A stretch of DNA of 64,000 bases from Mayamaea pseudoterrestris (taxonomy: Eukaryota). The translations under genes were made by a program, and so were the position numbers. Positions within the stretch are counted from its first letter, which is position 1. Each line of letters starts with the position of its first letter. Location of the stretch: contig BROI01000008.1 of NCBI GenBank assembly GCA_027923505.1, positions 992,001 to 1,056,000 on the forward strand. The letters are read 5' to 3'. The notes under the pieces are model-generated. The model ran no database searches, was not told the origin of the DNA, and saw only the letters and a program-made list of their open reading frames with translations. Shown here in pieces: positions 1 through 12,600 of this stretch.

Positions 1-1
1 G

Positions 2-745
2 TTGCCTCGAGAAACTTGGCCAGCATCGGTTGCTGCCCAAGCTCTCCGACTCCCCTTTCAGCTTGACATTTTGCTCGACGATCGACGAGCGTCGTCTACC
101 GGAGTACAAGTGGCGAGCATACTAAAAGCGGCAGGTCAAGAAACTAGCTTTAGAATATATGATCTCACCAAATGTGAGGACGATAAAGCTCTTCCAGATT
201 ACACATCCACCGACGCCGACGACAACCATGATGGCACCTACCTACTCTTTCCTGACAGCTCGGCAGTAACACTTTCATCCGTTATCAAAAGTGGCAAACC
301 AATCAAGCGTATCATTGTCATGGACTGCAAGTGGTCTAAATTTAGCAAAACTTTGGTTTTGCCTTTACACAAGGCAGTGGCGGATGTACCTCGCATCAAG
401 CTTGAACTACCAGCGCACGTTGAGTCATTCTACTGGCGATGGCACAATGCGGGGGACGGTGCAGTCAGTACAATCGAAGCCATTTATTATGCGGCCCATC
501 AAATTAGCGGAAAGTGTGTTTTGAATCAGCAAGAAAATGTCACAGCTAGCATGGATATACTGGACATATTTTGGCTGTTTCGCTTGCAGCGAAATATAAT
601 TGCAAACCGATATGAGCAAGAATCGATTGAAAACCGGCGAGCATTTCCATTTTCGGCAGAGGGTAAGGAGTACAATCGTGCTTTACGTCGGGGACACAGT
701 TTACAGCAGGCAGAGTCGGAACTGGACGTTGCAATGGAGGGTTAG
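2..745 (+). CDS. DTW-domain protein (DTWD1-like tRNA-uridine aminocarboxypropyltransferase), 5'-partial
   Basis: Motifs LLFP, IIVMDCKW (at the DxTW position), FYWR and STIEAIYY resemble DTWD1. The ORF is open at the window edge. Confidence 0.7.
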   Translation: MPRETWPASVAAQALRLPFQLDILLDDRRASSTGVQVASILKAAGQETSFRIYDLTKCEDDKALPDYTSTDADDNHDGTYLLFPDSSAVTLSSVIKSGKPIKRIIVMDCKWSKFSKTLVLPLHKAVADVPRIKLELPAHVESFYWRWHNAGDGAVSTIEAIYYAAHQISGKCVLNQQENVTASMDILDIFWLFRLQRNIIANRYEQESIENRRAFPFSAEGKEYNRALRRGHSLQQAESELDVAMEG

Positions 746-792
746 TGTGTATTTTAAGAATGACAACCACCTCAATTTAGAAGTTTTAGAGT

Positions 793-1314
793 TTATACAA
801 CTGGATCACTGGCCTTGGTGTAAAATGAGATCAGTGCATCTGCCCGCTCCATCATATTCACTATTTTCAGCGACAAATCCTTCTTTCGTTGCTTCACCAG
901 ATCATTATCCGATAGCACAGTGTCAACGCTTGCTGCCAATAGATCCAAGTTATGACTTAACACTGCCAACTCCTGTCTTAGGTCAGCTGTCATCGGTTGA
1001 ACGTTTTTCTGCCACTCAATCAATATTGATGAAAAATTGGATTCTTCGGCCAAGTGTGCATTGTCCAAGGCGACTTCGAGCGCACGGATCGTGGTTTGCA
1101 GTGTCCTGGCATTGTTACTGGCATCATCTAAGGCTTCATGTGGCACCCTCGATTCTAGGGGATATGGCGAACCCTCCCATAGTAAACGTAATGTTCCATC
1201 ATAGCCATGTCGAGAAAGCAGTCTGTAAATGTAGAATGATGACGCGCTGAGAATAGTGGCAGTCACCACTCGTGCCCATGGGACAGCTGTGTGGTGGGGT
1301 GGTATTTTTATCAT
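793..1314 (-). CDS. BAG-domain protein with N-terminal hydrophobic segment
   Basis: C-terminal LDLLAASVDTVLSDNDLVKQRKKDLSLKIVNMMERADAL resembles BAG helices 2-3. Confidence 0.55.
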   Translation of the reverse strand: MIKIPPHHTAVPWARVVTATILSASSFYIYRLLSRHGYDGTLRLLWEGSPYPLESRVPHEALDDASNNARTLQTTIRALEVALDNAHLAEESNFSSILIEWQKNVQPMTADLRQELAVLSHNLDLLAASVDTVLSDNDLVKQRKKDLSLKIVNMMERADALISFYTKASDPVV

Positions 1315-1490
1315 TCTAGGACTTTTTCTTGAAACTTTTGTTCATAAAAGAGTGTAAGAAGTTATCTGCAGTCATGTCCTATGGACGAAATGGCCTTGGC
1401 GAATGAATGCAAGGCTTCAAACATGACACTATTTCTAGGGGATAAATAGCTATTTCTGCAATATAATGATCACACTGTGTCTGAGTACAT

Positions 1491-1563
1491 GGGAGCTTAG
1501 CTCAGTTGGTAGAGCGTCCGCTTCGCATGCGGAAGGTCTAGGGTTCGATTCCCTAAGTTTCCA
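1491..1563 (+). tRNA. tRNA-Ala, anticodon CGC
   Basis: Full cloverleaf: GGGAGCT/AGTTTCC acceptor stem with G3:U70, D arm GCTC/GAGC, anticodon arm TCCGC-TTCGCAT-GCGGA and T arm TAGGG-TTCGATT-CCCTA. It is followed by a TTTT Pol III terminator. Confidence 0.97.
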
Positions 1564-1959
1564 TTTTGCCAGTTGAGAGATAAGTATTTTGTTAGCTTAG
1601 GTAATAAAATTGTGACCCATGTGGCAACATACATGGGGGACTGCGGATAATCCGGCTCAGGGCGGATGCTTCGAGGAGACTGCCTTGGGGACACTCATAA
1701 GATACCCTTATGAGTACACTGTGATCGATAGTCACGTCATCAGTGGTGCGGGAGAGAAGAATGGGAACAGCTACCGACAACGGGCAGACCACATGCCGAT
1801 GTTGATCGGGTTGCCTCCCATTCCTTTGGTTAGCTTGCCGACCTTGTTGTTGTCTAGCAAGCTCTCTGAATTGGCTCTGAAGACTCCCAAAGTGCACTGT
1901 GAGTCCATTGCCTGGTTGTGGTTACTCAAGCAAAGTACAAAAGTCATTAAACCGTTGAT

Positions 1960-1983
1960 AATATATATATATATATTTATATA
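1960..1983. repeat. (TA)n microsatellite
   Basis: atatatatatatatatttatata. Confidence 0.8.
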
Positions 1984-2279
1984 CATTGACCTATCATAGG
2001 ATGACATGTAAATGGAAATTATGGTGGCAAGTTGCCGCCATGGCGATCCATTGCTCTTTTTCATGGCAAGGCTCGCAGATGTTGCATCCGGATTGCCCTC
2101 ACCGCCAGTACCCAACGGGCGCTCCAATGACTGTCCAGCTCGCCGTTGAGGCAGGGCCGGTGCACGTGAATCATGTTAGATAAGTGGCAGCGGCCTTCCT
2201 GTCATTGCAGGGTGCTGTAATTTAGCTCAATCATGGTAGATCAAACAAGGGAGCTGCGCAAACCTTAAACGTCTTGCCT

Positions 2280-3625
2280 TTATGGCTTGATTCATCAAAT
2301 ATTAACTTGGTCAGTCATCAATGTCATCATTGGCAAAAGGCAAATGGTAACAGTTCTATAATATGGACTTGTTGCATTAAATAAGGACTCCTTGAGCTTG
2401 GTAGGGTTGTAGACCTTTTTAAGGACTCGCTCGTCAACTTTAAAGTCATGAGTCAAGTGCAAGTGGTTTGCCTGAAGCAAACTTTCATTGACAATTGCTT
2501 CTCATTAAACGGAGATAGTGAGGATGTTGGCAACAAGCGGTATATCCAGAAACATGTCGCGTTGAAAGATGACAGTGCCGGGAGAGAGGTTGTCAAGAGC
2601 TCCACTTGATGCAACTCACGTTGTGTGCATTGCTGTCATGAGGCATTGCTTGATTATATTGTCAGCTTCCATAACATCTTTGGGGAGGATGGGCAGGTAC
2701 TAGCGTATGAAGCACATTCCCAATGACAAGATGGCAGCGCTCGCAGATGCTATTAGCAGTGGGCGTCTTGGCCGAAGCGGCTTGCCATTCAATCCCGTTG
2801 TATTCAAGGATGGTTCCAAATGCGCCTTTAAACTATTTGCCTTGATCCGCAACAAGTCGCATTGGTCAAAGATAACGAGAGAGCCAGTTGTCATCAAAGA
2901 GACGTCCGATATGGTACACCGACTTGTCCTGGTAGCAAACAATTTTGACAAGGTTAGTAGCTGGGTCAATCATTGTCAATGCTCTGAAATATCAGTCAAT
3001 GCCATTCACGGATACTTTCCATGGTCCCATGTGATCAATGTGGACCTCATACCAAGGCGCAACGCGCACGTCTCACACTGGCAGCTCTCCATATTGATGG
3101 CTGCCTCCTTTATTGCATTGGCAGGTATCGCAAGCTCCAACAAGATGCTCAACTAGCTGTTGAGCTTAGGAAGGTAAAAGTGGTGCTTGATGCTTGCCGT
3201 GAGGCAAGTCATACCAGTGTGGGCACTGACAAGTGGTGCTAAAGAATCAAACAATCTAAAATCTAAGAATCCAACGATCTAGAATCTCAATGGGGATGTA
3301 GATTTGCCATCACACAATCTAGGATCTCAATGGGGATGCAGATTCGCCAGCGTGCATCTGCTTGGAATACAACAATCTGAACGTCTCCAAGTTGTTTGTA
3401 TTGTATGTTTGTCGCTTCTTGATTTTGGACTGTGGCCATTAGCGCTGCATCTTCTTGTTGATACTCGGCAATGGTTGAATATGACAGGGGATATCTCCCT
3501 TGCTCATCAAACTCTGGATGAAGGAGCAGGCATTCTGCTAGCTCTGGTTTGTCCCATAGGAGACAGTAAGCTTCATTATGCTGGGTCACATCAAGCCATG
3601 TTAACACCCAAATTGCAGAAGTACG
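2280..3625 (-). mobile_element. Decayed Ty3/gypsy LTR-retrotransposon pol relic (integrase region)
   Basis: Minus-strand translation through stops gives PLSYSTIAEYQQED...RICIP (pre-HHCC region), PWYEVHIDHMGPW...ALTMIDPATNL, WLSRYL*PMRLVADQGK*FKG...TPTANSICERCH (rve core) and SPGTVIFQRDMFLD...QVNI**IKP. Confidence 0.85.
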
Positions 3626-6600
3626 GTGCAACTTCTCACCAGTCTCAGCCAGCAGCTGCCATGCCTTTCAAATGCCCATACCTTGACCCATGTGTACGCC
3701 CAAATCAAGCCAGATTGGTGCCAGCATCCATATTCAAAATGCGCAACAAGATAAGCTGACTGGCTGGTGCCTTGGTGGACTGCAATGTGATTGGTGATAA
3801 CTGGTCACCAGTCTCAGCCATTGTGCTCCCATGCCTTTCAAATGCCCATTGCTTGAGCCATGTGTATGCCCAAATCAAGCCAGAATACGCTAACATCCTC
3901 ATTTTCAGGTGCGCTACAAGAAAAGATGACTGGCTGGTGTCTCAGTGGAATGCAATGTGATGGTAATAACTTGTCACCAGTCTCAGCCAGCAGCTGCCAT
4001 GCCTTTCAAATGCCCATACCTTGAGCCATGTGTATGCCCAAATCAAGCCAGAATGGTAATGAAACCCTTATTTGCCATCATCACTATTCAGTCTATGCTA
4101 CAAGATGGTATGCCTGGTGGGCGCCCTTTTACTCTGCAATGTGATTGGTGACAAGGTGTCACCAGTCTCAGCCAGCAGATGCCTTGACATTCAATTGCCC
4201 ATCAAACATGCCAGGTATACACCCAAATCACACCAGAATTGGCGCCAACATCATTATTCAGTCTGCGCTACAAGATGGTATGCCTGGTGGGTGCCCTTGT
4301 AGACTGCAATTGGACTGGTGAGAACTTCCCACCAGTCTCAGCCCACAGATGCCCTGACATTCAATTGCTTCTAAAACATGCCATGTATGCACCCAAATCA
4401 TGCCAGAATGGTGCCAACCTAATTATTCAGTCTGCGCTAAAAAGTGGTATGCCTGGTGGGTGCCCTAGTAGACTGCAATGCAATTGGTGACAAGTTGTCA
4501 CCAGGTTTAGCCCGCATATGCCTTGCCATTCAATTGCTTCTAAAACATGCCAGGTATGCACCCAAATCACATCAGAATGGTGCCAACATCATTACTCAGG
4601 CTGCGCTACAAGATGGTAAGCTTGGCTTGTGTCTCAGGGGATGGCAATGTATTTGGTGACAACTTGTCACCAGTCTCAGCCCGCAGATGCCATGACATTC
4701 AAACACACCTACAGCAGGCCCTGTAGGTGCCCATATTACACCAGAATGGTGCCAACATCATTATTCAGGCTGCGCTACAAGATGGTAAGCTTGGCTGGTG
4801 TCTCAGGGGATGGCAATGTATTTGGTGACAACTTGTCACCAGTCTCAGCCCGCAGATGCCATGACATTCAGACACTCCTACAACAGGCCCTGTAGGAGCC
4901 AAAGATACACCAGAATGGTGCCAACATCATTACTCAGGCTGTGCTACAAGATGGTAGGTTTGGCTGGTGTCTCAGGAGATGGCGATGTATTTGGTGACAA
5001 CTTGTCACCAGTCTCAGCCCGCAGATGCCATGACATTCAGACACACCTACAGCAGGCCCTGTAGGTGCCCAAATTACACCAGAATGGTGCCAACATCATT
5101 ATTTAGGCTGCGCTACAAGATGGTAGGCTTGGCTGGTGTCTCAGGGGATGGCAATGTATTTGGCGACAACTTGTCACCAGTCTCAGCCCGCAGATGCCAT
5201 GACATTCAGACACTCCTACAGCAGGCCCTGTAGGTGCCCAAATTACACCAGAATGGTGCCGACATCATTAATCCGGCTGCGCTACAAGATGGTAGGCTTG
5301 GCTGGTGTCTCAGGGGATGGCAATGTATTTGGTGACAACTTGTCACCAGTCTCAGCCCGCAGATGCCATGACATTCAGACACTCCTACAGCAGGCCCTGT
5401 AGGTGCCTATATTACACCAGAATGGTGACAACATTATTATTCAGGCTGCGCTACAAGATGGTAGGCTTGGCTGGTGTCTCAGGGGATGGCAATGTATTTG
5501 GTGACAACTTGTCACCAGTCTCAGCCCGCAGATGCCATGACATTCAGACACACCTACAGCGGGCCCTGTAGGTGCCCAAATTACACCAGAATGGTGCCAA
5601 CATCATTATTCAGGCTGCGATACAAGATGGTAGGCTTGGCTGGTGTCTCAGGGGATGGCAATGTATTTGGCGACAACTTGTCACCAGTCTCAGCCCGCAG
5701 ATGCCATGACATTCAGACACTCCTACAGCAGGCCCTGTAGGTGCCCAAATTACACCAGAATGGTGCCAACATCATTAATCCGGCTGCGCTACAAGATGGT
5801 AGGCTTGGCTGGTGTCTCAGGGGATGGCAATGTATTTGGTGACAACTTGTCACCAGTCTCAGCCCGCAGATGCCATGACATTCAGACACATCTACAGCAG
5901 GCCCTGTAGGTGCCCATATTACACCAGAATGGTGCCAACATCATTATTCAGGCTGCGCTACAAGATGGTAGGCTCGGCTGGTGTCTCAGGGGATGGCAAT
6001 GTATTTGGTGACAACTCGTCACCAGTCTCAGCCCGCAGATGCCATGACATTCAGACACACCTACAGCAGGCCCTGTAGATGCCCAACTTACACCAGAATG
6101 GTGCCACCATCATTTTGGAGGCTGAGCTACAAGATGGTAGGCTTGGCTGGTGTCTCAGGGGATGGCAATGTATTTGGTGACGACTTGTCACCAGTCTCAG
6201 TCGCAGATGCCATGACATTCAAACACACCTACAGCAGGCCCTGTAGGTGCCCATATTACACCAGAATGGTGCCAACATCATTTTTCAGGCTGCGATACAA
6301 GATGGTAGGCTTGGCTGGTGTCTCAGGGGATGGCAATGTATTTGGTGACAACTTGTCACCAGTCTCAGCCCGCAGATGCCATGACATTCAGACACTCCTA
6401 CAGCAGGCCCTGTAGGTGCCTATATTACACCAGAATGGTGCCAACATCATTATTCAGGCTGAGCTACAAGATGGTAGGCTTGGCTGGTGTCTCAGGGGAT
6501 GGCAATGTATTTGGTGACAACTTGTCACCAGTCTCAGCCCGCAGATGCCATGACATTCAGACACTCCTACAGCAGGCCCTGTAGGTGCCTATATTACACC

Positions 6601-9600
6601 AGAATGGTGCCAACATAATTATTTTGGCTGCTCTACAAGATGGTAGGCTTGGCTGGTGTCTCAGGGGATGGCAATGTATTTGGTGACAACTTGTCACCAG
6701 TCTCAGCCCGCAGATGTCATAACATTCAGACACACCTACAGCAGGCCCTGTAGGTGCCCATATTACACCAGACTGGTGCCAACATCATTATTCAGGCTGC
6801 GCTCAAGATGGTAGGCTTGGCTGGTGTCTCAGGGGATGGCAATGTATTTGGTGACAACTTGCCACCAGTCTCAGCCTTCAGATGCCATGACATTCAGACA
6901 CTCCTACAGCTGGCCCTGTAGGAGCCCAAAATACACTGAAATGGTGCCGCCATCATTTTTCAGGCTGCGCTTCAAGATGGTAGGCTTGGCTGGTGTCTCA
7001 GGGGATGGCAATGTATTTGGTGACAACTTGTCACCAGTCTCAGCCCGCAGATGCCATGACATTCAGACACACCTACAGCAGGCCCTGTAGGTGCCCAAAT
7101 TACACCAGACTGGTGCCAACATCATTTTTCTGGCTGCGCTACAAGATGGTAGGCTTGGCTGGTGTCACAGGGGATGGCAATGTATTTGGTGACAACTTGT
7201 CACCAGTCTCAGCCCGCAGATGCCATGACATTCAGATACACCTACAGCAGGCCCTGTAGTTACCCAAATTACATAAGAATGGTGCCAACATCATTATTCA
7301 GGCTGCGATACAAGATGGTAGGCTTGGCTGGTGTCTCAGGGGATGGCAATGTATTTGGTGACAACTTGTCACCAGTCTCAGCCCGCAGATGCCATGACAT
7401 TCAGACACTCCTACAGCTGGCCCTGTAGGTGCCCAAATTACACCAGACTGGTGCCGCCATCATTTTTCAGGCTGCGCTACAAGATGGTAAGCTTGGCTGG
7501 TGTCTCAGGGGATGGCAATGTATTTGGTGACAACTTGTCACCAGTCTCAGCCCGCAGATGCCATGACATTCAGACACTCCTACAGCAGGCCCTGTAGGTG
7601 CCCAAATTACACCAGAATGGTGCCACCATCATTTTTCAGGCTGCGCTACAAGATGGTAGGTTTGGCTGGTGTCTCAGGGGATGGCAATGTATTTGGTGAC
7701 AACTTGTCACCAGTCTCAGCCCGCAGATGCCATGACATTCAAACACACCTACAGCAGGCCCTGTAGGTGCCCAAATTACACCAGAATGGTGCCAACATCA
7801 TTTTTCAGGCTGAGCTACAAGATGGTAGGCTTGGCTGGTGTCTCAGGTGATGGCAATGTATTTGGTGACAACTTGTCACCAGTCTCAGCCCGCAAATGCC
7901 ATGACATTCAGACACTCCTACAGCAGGCCCTGTAGGTGCGCAAATTACACCAGAATGGTGCCAACATCATTATTCAGGCTGCGCTACAAGATGGTAGGCT
8001 TGGCTGGTGTCTCAGGGGATGGCAATGTATTTGGTGACAACTTGTCACCAGTCTCAGCCCGCAGATGCCATGACATTCAAACACACCTACAGCAGGCCCT
8101 GTAGGTGCCCAAATTACACCAGAATGGTGCCAACATCATTTTTCAGGCTGAGCTACAAGATGGTAGGCTTGGCTGGTGTCTCAGGTGATGGCAATGTATT
8201 TGGTGACAACTTGTCACCAGTCTCAGCCCGCAGATGCCATGACATTCAGACACTCCTACAGCAGGCCCTGTAGGAGCCCAAAATACACCAGAATGGTGCC
8301 AACATCATTTTTCAGGCTGCGCTACAAGATGGTAGGCTTGGCTGGTGTCTCAGGGGATGGCAATGTATTTGGTGACAACATGTCACCAGTCTCAGCCCGC
8401 AGATGCCATGACATTCAGACACACCTACAGCAGGCCCTGTAGGTACCCATATTACACCAGACTGGTGCCAACATCATTTTGCAGGCCGCGCTCAAGATGG
8501 TAGGCTTGGCTGGTGTCTCAGGGGATGGCAATGTATTTGGTGACAACTTGTCACCAGTCTCAGCCCGCAGATGCCATGACATTCCGACACTCCTACAGCA
8601 GGCCCTGTAGGTGCCCATATTACACCAGAATGGTGCCAACATCATTATTCAATCTGCGCTACAAGATGGTAGGCTTGGCTGGTGTCTCAGGGAATGGCAA
8701 TGGATTTGGTGACAACTTGTCACCAGTCTCAGCCCGCAGATGCCATGACATTCAGACACTCCTACAGCAGGCCCTGTAGGTGCCCAAATTACACCAGAAT
8801 GGTGCCAACATCATTATTCAGGCTGCGCTACAAGATGGTAGGCTTGGCTGGTGTCTCAGGGGATGGCAATGTATTTGGTGACAACTTGTCACCAGTCTCA
8901 GCCCGCAGATGCCATGACATTCAAACACACCTACAGCAGGCCCTGTAGGTGCCCAAATTACATAAGAATGGTGCCAACATCATTTTTAGGCTGCGCTACA
9001 AGATGGTAGGCTTGGCTGGTGTCTCAGGGGATGGCAATGTATTTGGTGACAACTTGTCACCAGTCTCAGCCTGCAGATGCCATGACATTCAAACACACCT
9101 ACAGCAGGCCCTGTAGGTGCCCAAATTACACCAGACTGGTGCCAACATCATTTTTCAGGCTGCGCTACAAGATGGTAGGCTTGGCTGGTGTCACAGGGGA
9201 TGGCAATGTATTTGGTGACAACTTGTCACCAGTCTCAGCCCGCAGATGCCATGACATTCAAACACACCTACAGCAGGCCCTGTAGGTGCCCAAATTACAT
9301 AAGAATGGTGCCAACATCCTTGATCTGGCTGCGCTACAAGATGGTAGGCTTGGCTGGTGTCTCAGGGGATGGCAATGTATTTGGTGACAACTTGTCACCA
9401 GTCTCAGCCTGCAGATGTCATGACATTCAAACACACCTACAGCAGGCCCTGTAGGTGCCCAAATTACACCAGACTGGTGCCAACATCATTTTTCAGGCTG
9501 CGCTACAAGATGGTAGGCTTGGCTGGTGTCACAGGGGATGGCAATGTATTTGGTGACAACTTGTCACCAGTCTCAGCCCGCAGATGCCATGACATTCAGA

Positions 9601-12600
9601 CTCACCTACAGCAGGCCCTGTAGGTGCCCAAATTACACCAGAATGGTGCCAACATCAATATTCAGGCTGTGCTACAAGATGGAAGGCTTGGCTGGTGTCT
9701 CAGGGAATGGCAATGTATTTGGTGACAACTTGTCACCAGTCTCAGCCCGCAGATGCCATGACATTCAAACACACCTACAGCAGGCCCTGTAGGTGCCCAA
9801 ATTACACCAGAATGGTGCCAACATCAATATTCAGGCTGTGCTACAAGATGGAAGGCTTGGCTGGTGTCTCAGGGAATGGCAATGTAATAAGTGACAACTT
9901 GTCACCAGTCTCAGCCCGCAGATGCCATGACATTCAAACACACCTACAGCAGGCCCTGTAGGTGCCCAAAATACACCAGACTGGTGCCAACATCATTATT
10001 CAATCTGCGCTACAAGATGGTAGGCTTGGCTGGTGTCTCAGGGAATGGCAATGTATTTGGTGACAACTTGTCACCAGTCTCAGCCCGCAGATGCCATGAC
10101 ATTCAGACACTCCTACAGCAGGCCCTGTAGGTGCCCAAAATACACCAGAAGGGTGCCAACATCATTAATAATGCTGCGCTACAAGATGGTAGGCTTGGCT
10201 GGTGTCTCAGGGGATGGCAATGTATTTGGTGACATCTTGTCACCAGTCTCAGCCCGCAGATGCCATGACATTCAGACACTCCTACAGCAGGCCCTGTAGG
10301 TGCCCAAATTACACCCGAATGGTGCCAACATCCTTGATCTGGCTGCGCTACAAGATGGTAGGCTTGGCTGGTGTCTCAGGGGATGGCAATGTATTTGGTG
10401 ACAACTTGTCACCAGTCTCAGCCTGCAGATGTCATGACATTCAAACACACCTACAGCAGGCCCTGTAGGTGCCCAAATTACACCAGACTGGTGCCAACAT
10501 CATTTTTCAGGCTGCGCTACAAGATGGTAGGCTTGGCTGGTGTCACAGGGGATGGCAATGTATTTGGTGACAACTTGTCACCAGTCTCAGCCCGCAGATG
10601 CCATGACATTCAGACTCACCTACAGCAGGCCCTGTAGGTGCCCAAATTACACCAGAATGGTGCCAACATCAATATTCAGGCTGCGCTACAAGATGGAAGG
10701 CTTGGCTGGTGTCTCAGGGAATGGCAATGTAATAAGTGACAACTTGTCACCAGTCTCAGCCCGCAGATGCCATGACATTCAAACACACCTACAGCAGGCC
10801 CTGTAGGTGCCCAAAATACACCAGACTGGTGCCAACATCATTTTTCAGGCTGCGCTACAAGATGGTAGGCTTGGCTGGTGTCTCAGGGGATGGCAATGTA
10901 TTTGGTGACAACTTGTCACCAATCTCAGCCCGCAGATGCCATGACATTCCGACACTCCTACAGCAGGCCCTGTAGGTGCCCAAATTACACCAGGATGGTG
11001 CCAACATCATTATTCAATCTGCGCTACAAGATGGTAGGCTTGGCTGGTGTCTCAGGGAATGGCAATGTATTTGGTGACAACTTGTCACCAGTCTCAGCCC
11101 GCAGATGCCATGACATTCAGACACTCCTACAGCAGGCCCTGTAGGTGCCCAAAATACACCAGAAGGGTGCCAACATCATTAATAATGCTGCGCTACAAGA
11201 TGGTAGGCTTGGCTGGTGTCTCAGGGGATGGCAATGTATTTGGTGACATCTTGTCACCAGTCTCAGCCCGCAGATGCCATGACATTCAGACACTCCTACA
11301 GCAGGCCCTGTAGGTGCCCAAATTACACCCGAATGGTGCCAACATCATTATTCAGGCTGCGCTACAAGATGGTAGGCTTGGCTGGTGTCTCAGGGAATGG
11401 CAATGTATTTGGTGACAACTTGTCACCAGTCTCAGCCCGCAGATGCCATGACATTCAGACACTCCTACAGCAGGCCCTGTAGGAGCCCAAAATACACCCG
11501 AATAGTGCCAACATCATTATTCAGGCTGCGCTACAAGATGGTAGGCTTGGCTGGTGTCTCAGGGGATGGCAATGTATTTGGCGACAACTTGTCACCACTC
11601 TCAGGACCCAGATGCCATGACACACCTTACAGCAGGCCCTGTATGTACCCATATTACACCAGAATGGTGCCAACATCATTTTTCAGGCTGCGCTACAAGA
11701 TGGTAAGCTTGGCTGGTGTCTCAGGGGATGGCAATGTATTTGGTGACAACTTGTCACCAGTCTTAGCCCGCAGATGCCATGACATTCAGACACACCTACA
11801 GCAGGCCCTGTAGATGCCCAAATTACACCAGACTGGTGCCAACATCCTTGATCTGGCTGCGCTACAAGATGGTAAGCTTGGCTGGTGTCTCAGGGGATGG
11901 CAATGTATTTTGTGACAACTTGTCACCAGTCTCAGCCCGCAGATGCCATGACATTCAAACACTCCTACAGCAGGCCCTGTAGGTGCCTATATTACACCAG
12001 AATAGTGCCAACATCATTAATCCGGCTGCGCTACAAGATGGTAGGCTTGGCTGGTGTCTCAGGGAATGGCAATGTATTTGGTGACAACTTGTCACCAGTC
12101 TCAGCCCGCAGATGCCATGACATTCAGACACTCCTACAGCAGGCCCTGTAGATGCCCAAAATACACCAGAATGGTGCCACCACCATTTTTGAGGCTGCGC
12201 TACAAGATGGTAAGCTTGGCTGGTGTCTCAGGGGATGGCAATGTATTTGGTGACAACTTGTCACCAGTCTCAGCCCGCAGGTGCCATGACATTCAGACAC
12301 TCCTACAGCAGGCCCTGTAGGTGCCCAAATTACACCAGACTGGTGCCAACATCCTTGATCTGGCTGCGCTACAAGATGGTAGGCTTGGCTGGTGTCTCAG
12401 GGGATGGCAATGTATTTGGTGACAACTTGTCACCAGTCTCAGCCCGCAGATGCCATGACATTCAGACACTCCTACAGCAGGCCCTGTAGATGCCCAAATT
12501 ACACCAGAATGGTGCCACCACCATTTTTGTGGCTGCGCTACAAGATGGTAAGCTTGGCTGGTGTCTCAGGGGATGGCAATGTATTTGGTGACAACTTGTC

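Noticed and set aside
1600..2270. Possible gypsy LTR or non-LTR endonuclease remnant
   Set aside because: No partner LTR, clear polypurine tract or convincing protein motif could be identified by eye.
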